Part shown: positions 8,526 through 12,775 of the stretch, piece by piece
Layout: every line of letters starts with the position of its first letter
Position numbering within the stretch: the stretch's first letter is position 1
From: Vitrella brassicaformis CCMP3155
Taxonomy: Eukaryota; Protista; Chromerida
NCBI GenBank assembly: GCA_001179505.1
Contig: CDMY01000891.1
Location: forward strand, 1 to 12,775
Length of the DNA stretch: 12,775 nucleotides
Reading direction: 5' to 3'
The notes under the pieces: model-generated
What the model saw: only the letters and a program-made list of their open reading frames with translations
What the model was told of the DNA's origin: nothing
Databases searched by the model: none
Translations under genes and position numbers: made by a program

Positions 8526-9445
8526 TCGGTGAGAACGACACGGGGGGCGGCCGAGGACTCACTCTGTGTGCACACCGCACACGTGTGTGTATGTGTGTGT
8601 GGCCAGGCTGTCTGTCTGTTTGTCCACACACAAGACAAGACAGGACAAGACAAGACAAGACATGACAGCACCGTAGTCATAGCTGCCGCATGGCCGGCCA
8701 TCTGATTAGGTCCACGTGCAGACACTCTCTTCATGGATGGATGGATGAGTGGCCCGCCCAGCTGCGGTGTGTGCGCACGTGGGCACTGTACACTTGATCC
8801 TCGCGCTCCATTGGCAGCCCAGCGCCTCGGTTGATGCCTGGTCATTCATGCTGCCTCGGCCATTGCACCAGGCAGGCCGAGAAGGTGTCGCCTGCATGTG
8901 AGCGTGTGTGGATGGATGGTTGTTACCAGTGAGGCATGATAGCCCATGGATGGATGGATGGATGGCTGGGTTCATATTGTGTGCGGGACTCGTCTGATTG
9001 TGTGAATATCTTCAATTCTGTTGCCACACACATGGTAGGTTAGTGGGTCGAGTCATTGGCTGCCGGCATACATGCACGGAATTAAGTCGATAAACGAACA
9101 TGTCGGCACGTCATCGCCTCCGCATTTCTCGGCCCGCCATGATTACCTACACAATCCATTCACCCTCACACACGTGCAGAAGCTGCCGGCAAATCTAGAC
9201 TCGCCACGGGCTGGCGTGACACGTGGGACAAATAGAGATCGTATACACATAGACACACAGCGAAAAACGAAAAAGACAGCTGTCACGTCGAGGGCGAGGT
9301 CATCATCAAGGAGGCGACGGCACTCAGCCAATGCCACCCTGCAGACGGCTGAGCACACAGAGAGAGGGAGAGGAGAGAGGGACGCATAACTCATCCGTTT
9401 CTGTCTCTGTTGCTCCTTCTCTTCCTCACCTGCAGTGTGTAGATC
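8450..9445. repeat. Copy 1 (996 nt) of a near-identical direct duplication
   Basis: Starts cccaaacggcacggag and ends gtgtgtagatc at the edge of the N gap. It aligns to 9746-10712 with a few SNPs, microsatellite length changes and one 41-versus-15 nt replacement. Confidence 0.97.
8631..8666. repeat. (CAAGA)n pentanucleotide microsatellite
   Basis: caagacaagacaggacaagacaagacaagacatgac; the duplicate near 9927 is one unit shorter. Confidence 0.85.
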
Positions 9446-9745
9446 NNNNNNNNNNNNNNNNNNNNNNNNNNNNNNNNNNNNNNNNNNNNNNNNNNNNNNN
9501 NNNNNNNNNNNNNNNNNNNNNNNNNNNNNNNNNNNNNNNNNNNNNNNNNNNNNNNNNNNNNNNNNNNNNNNNNNNNNNNNNNNNNNNNNNNNNNNNNNNN
9601 NNNNNNNNNNNNNNNNNNNNNNNNNNNNNNNNNNNNNNNNNNNNNNNNNNNNNNNNNNNNNNNNNNNNNNNNNNNNNNNNNNNNNNNNNNNNNNNNNNNN
9701 NNNNNNNNNNNNNNNNNNNNNNNNNNNNNNNNNNNNNNNNNNNNN
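9446..9745. other. Assembly gap (300 N)
   Basis: Run of exactly 300 N between the duplicated segments. It is the same length as the first gap, so probably a placeholder size. Confidence 1.
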
Positions 9746-10712
9746 CCCAAACGGCACGGAGATCGACGACTTCACCATCAACACAGTGGGAACTCTGGTG
9801 GAGGCATCTCGTCGCTATTAATCGGTGAGAACGACACGGGGGGCGGTCGAGGACTCACTCTGTGTGCACACCGCACACGTGTGTGTATGTGTGTGTGGCC
9901 AGGCTGTCTGTCTGTTTGTCCACACACAAGACAAGACAGGACAAGACAAGACATGACAGCACCGTAGTCATAGCTGCCGCATGGCCGGCCATCTGATTAG
10001 GTCCACGTGCAGACACTCTCTTGATGGATGGATGGATGAGTGGCCCGCCCAGCTGCGGTGTGTGCACGTGGGCACTGTACAGTTGATCCTCGCGCTCCAT
10101 TGGCAGCCCAGCGCCTCGGTTGATGCCTGGTCATTCATGCTCACTCATCCATGCCGGCATGTGAGCGTGTGTGGATGGTTGTTACCAGTGAGGCATGATA
10201 GCCCATGGATGGATGGATGGATGGATGGATGGCTGGGTTCATATTGTGTGCGGGACTCGTCTGATTGTGTGAATATCTTCAATTCTGTTGCCACACACAT
10301 GGTAGGTTAGTGGGTCGAGTCATTGGCTGCCGGCATACATGCACGGAATTAAGTCGATAAACGAACATGTCGGCACGTCATCGCCTCCGCATTTCTCGGC
10401 CCGCCATGATTACCTACACAATCCATTCACCCTCACACACGTGCAGAAGCTGCCGGCAAATCTAGACTCGCCACGGGCTGGCGTGACACGTGGGACAAAT
10501 AGAGATCGTATACACATAGACACACAGCGAAAAACGAAAAAGACAGCTGTCACGTCGAGGGCGAGGTCATCATCAAGGAGGCGACGGCACTCAGCCAATG
10601 CCACCCTGCAGACGGCTGAGCACACAGAGAGAGGGAGAGGAGAGAGGGACGCATAACTCATCCGTTTCTGTCTCTGTTGCTCCTTCTCTTCCTCACCTGC
10701 AGTGTGTAGATC
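9746..10712. repeat. Copy 2 (967 nt) of the direct duplication
   Basis: Begins at the first base after the N gap. It carries the last 76 nt of the LRR-like CDS (to 9821) and the last exon of the TLDc gene. Confidence 0.97.
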
Positions 10713-12775
10713 TCCATATCAGCAGCTGTGAAGTTGGAGCTGGAGGCCAGGCTGGCGCGGCCCTTGTTGGTGATGGTCCCGATGTACTTCTTGTCGGGCG
10801 GGAGGCAGTCCTTCAGCAGCCACTGAGCGCAGCGGCGAAGGTCGGCACTCTCCCGTTGGCTGAAGCCCAAGAGTGAGCTGAAGCCCAGCCACAGGCGGCC
10901 GGGCGCCTTGTGGATCATGTCACCGATGCACACCTTGCCGCTCGGGTCACACACCACGTTCTTGACCACCCCTTGTGTGCCAGCGACCCAAACAGGCTGC
11001 TCGTCGGTAGGCAGGTCGATCTTGGTGATGCCGTCGCCCTCGAACGCGCCACGTACCGAGAAGAGCGACACGGGGTAGCGGGTCACGGTCACTGCAGTGG
11101 GGTCTGCGGGCGGGGTGAGCCCGCCCTCGATGTGGGCGGCGATGACGGGGCCGCCGAGGTCCTTGAGGAGCAGCAGGAGGTCGGGAGCGTCGCCCACATT
11201 CTTGAACATGGCCTCCTGCTCCCAGCCGTCACACTCAGCCCTGACACATAGACAGGAAAGCAGCAAAGGATATCATCCTCGAGGCACCAACAGCCTGCCT
11301 GTCGTCGGTTGCTCACTTGTAGAGTAGTTGTGGGGTCGCATCCGTCATGCCGGTCGCGTCGACGAGTGCTCGCAGGTCACTGTCAGACAGGATGGGGTCG
11401 GCCGGCACAGCACTCCACACCTGCACAGAGAGAGGAGGAAGATCTCATGATGTCCACAGCCACTTCTGTGCCCTCTGGTTGATGCCTGGCTGACTGACCT
11501 GGAAGACCTCCACTCGCTGAGCGGTGAAGGAGTAGGTCTCAGCACCACAGAGGCTCGCATCCTCGCTGCTGATGGTCTTGCCCACAAATTTCCTGTTGGC
11601 CGGCAGCTCCTTCTTCTCCACCCACTGATAGCACTTGAGAAGGTCGTCAGTCGGGCAATGCTCGCCCCGCCCCAGCCACAGACGGCCGTCAGCGATGGCC
11701 AGATTGCCCCGTGGCTCACCGGCCTCCTCCGTCACCGCCCCCTGTGTGCCTGCCACCACCACAAACTGCTCTCCCCTGGGCACCTCGATCTTGGTGACGC
11801 CCTCCTCGAACGCACCGCACACTGAGAAGAGCGACACGGGGCAGTCGAAGTGCAGCTCAGATGTGGGGTCGGCCGGCAGGTGCAGCTTGGTGTCGGCGAA
11901 GACTGCGATGGTGTTGGTGTCGTCGCACTTGATGACGAAGAGGAGGCCGCGGCGCCCCACCACCCGCTGCACCAGACTGGCATACAACGAACCGTGCAGC
12001 GAACTCCTGACACACACACACACACACAGCCAGACGTGCCGACGAATGCATGAAGCATGGCGCGATGGCGCGATGGCGCCTATTTGTTCTTCCTCACTTG
12101 AAGAGGCAGAGTCTGTTGGGCTGTTTCTTGCCGATCATGATGAGGAGGGTCTGCATGACGTCGTTGGCGAGGATGTTGGGGTACATGGCCTCGAGGACGC
12201 CGTACATCTCACTCACACGCACCAGCTCATCCTGGTGGGCACACGTGGGCGGCGGGACGACGGCGCCTTCGGAGGCCAGGCGACACCGACGAGCGAAATC
12301 AACGATCCTGAACAAACCAACAGACGATAGGTCCGCTGTCTTGCTGCCTTTGGTGGTTGTCTGGGTACTCACAAGTCGAAGTGGTGCCCAGACACATCGA
12401 CGATGGGAACATCACCATACCTGCACACGCGACACAGGGGAGAAGGAGAGCCAATGACACACATTCCCTCTGTCATCTCCTCCTTGCCTTTCTCACTTGG
12501 TGAATCGGTCGTTGAGTGTGTCGAAATCGGCCAGTGTGGCGTCGGTGGTCGCCACTGTGCGGCCATCGACAGTCACACTGAGCACCTCCGCCCCTCCCCT
12601 GCCGCCCTTTATGGACGACTTGATGAAGACGCCCATCATGTCCATGAAGCTGCGGAATGCCGATTGGCTCTCGCTGTCCTCAGTCGGTTTGTCGATGGCG
12701 GTGGGCGACTCCGCGAAGAAAATGTCGTGGTAGAAGGGGATGGGCTGCACGGCGTCGAAGATCTCGGTCTCGTCG
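10550..12775 (-). CDS. Degenerate-BTB plus tandem TLDc-TLDc protein; 5' end lies beyond the right edge
   Basis: Exons >12775-12497, 12420-12373, 12307-12098, 12006-11499, 11420-11317, 11240-10697 and 10615-10550 are all GT-AG and phase-consistent. TLDc starts: PNILANDVMQTLL...LCLFK|SSLHG and DPILSDSDLRALV...LLYK|AECDG (compare LLYRASRDG). TLDc ends: SFTAQRVEVFQ and NFTAADMEIYTLQ (compare F.V.E.EV(F/W)). Confidence 0.8.

Noticed and set aside
9072-9389. 105-aa plus-strand ORF present in both duplicate copies (also 10339-10656)
   Set aside because: It overlaps the 3' exon and UTR of the minus-strand TLDc gene and has no motif; its identity between copies simply reflects the duplication.
7231-9828. 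ORFs that run through the N gaps
   Set aside because: Their length is an artefact of 300-N placeholders being translated as X.
11445-11498. C-terminus VSQPGINQRAQKWLWTS* implying two separate TLDc genes
   Set aside because: A donor (CAG|GTCAGT) and acceptor (ctctgtgcAG) give an in-phase junction, and the downstream unit has no start codon of its own.

Overview
Compact, GC-rich, intron-dense eukaryotic DNA with two 300-N placeholder gaps. Short GT-AG introns full of (GT)n/(CA)n and (GGAT)n repeats, plus the protein families seen, suggest the chromerid alveolate Vitrella brassicaformis (pattern recognition only, not verified). Splicing by hand gives five genes. (1) The 5' end of a minus-strand gene with an IQ-like motif, running off the left edge. 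(2) A plus-strand linker-histone H1 globular-domain (H15) gene with atypical tails and two frame anomalies. (3) A minus-strand 12-exon model (~807 aa) reading KCTD-type BTB, coiled coil, degenerate second BTB, TLDc stub, Pro/Ser-rich spacer, coiled coil and a split C3HC4 RING. (4) A plus-strand LRR-like gene with a frameshift and a gap. (5) A minus-strand paralog of gene 3 encoding a degenerate BTB and two tandem TLDc domains, running off the right edge. Genes 3 and 5 share three intron positions. They diverge exactly at a phase-2 intron, where one carries TLDc and the other RING, which points to exon shuffling. A ~1 kb near-identical direct duplicate flanks the second gap and is probably an uncollapsed allele or assembly artefact. 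No rRNA, tRNA, CRISPR array or recognisable transposon was seen.
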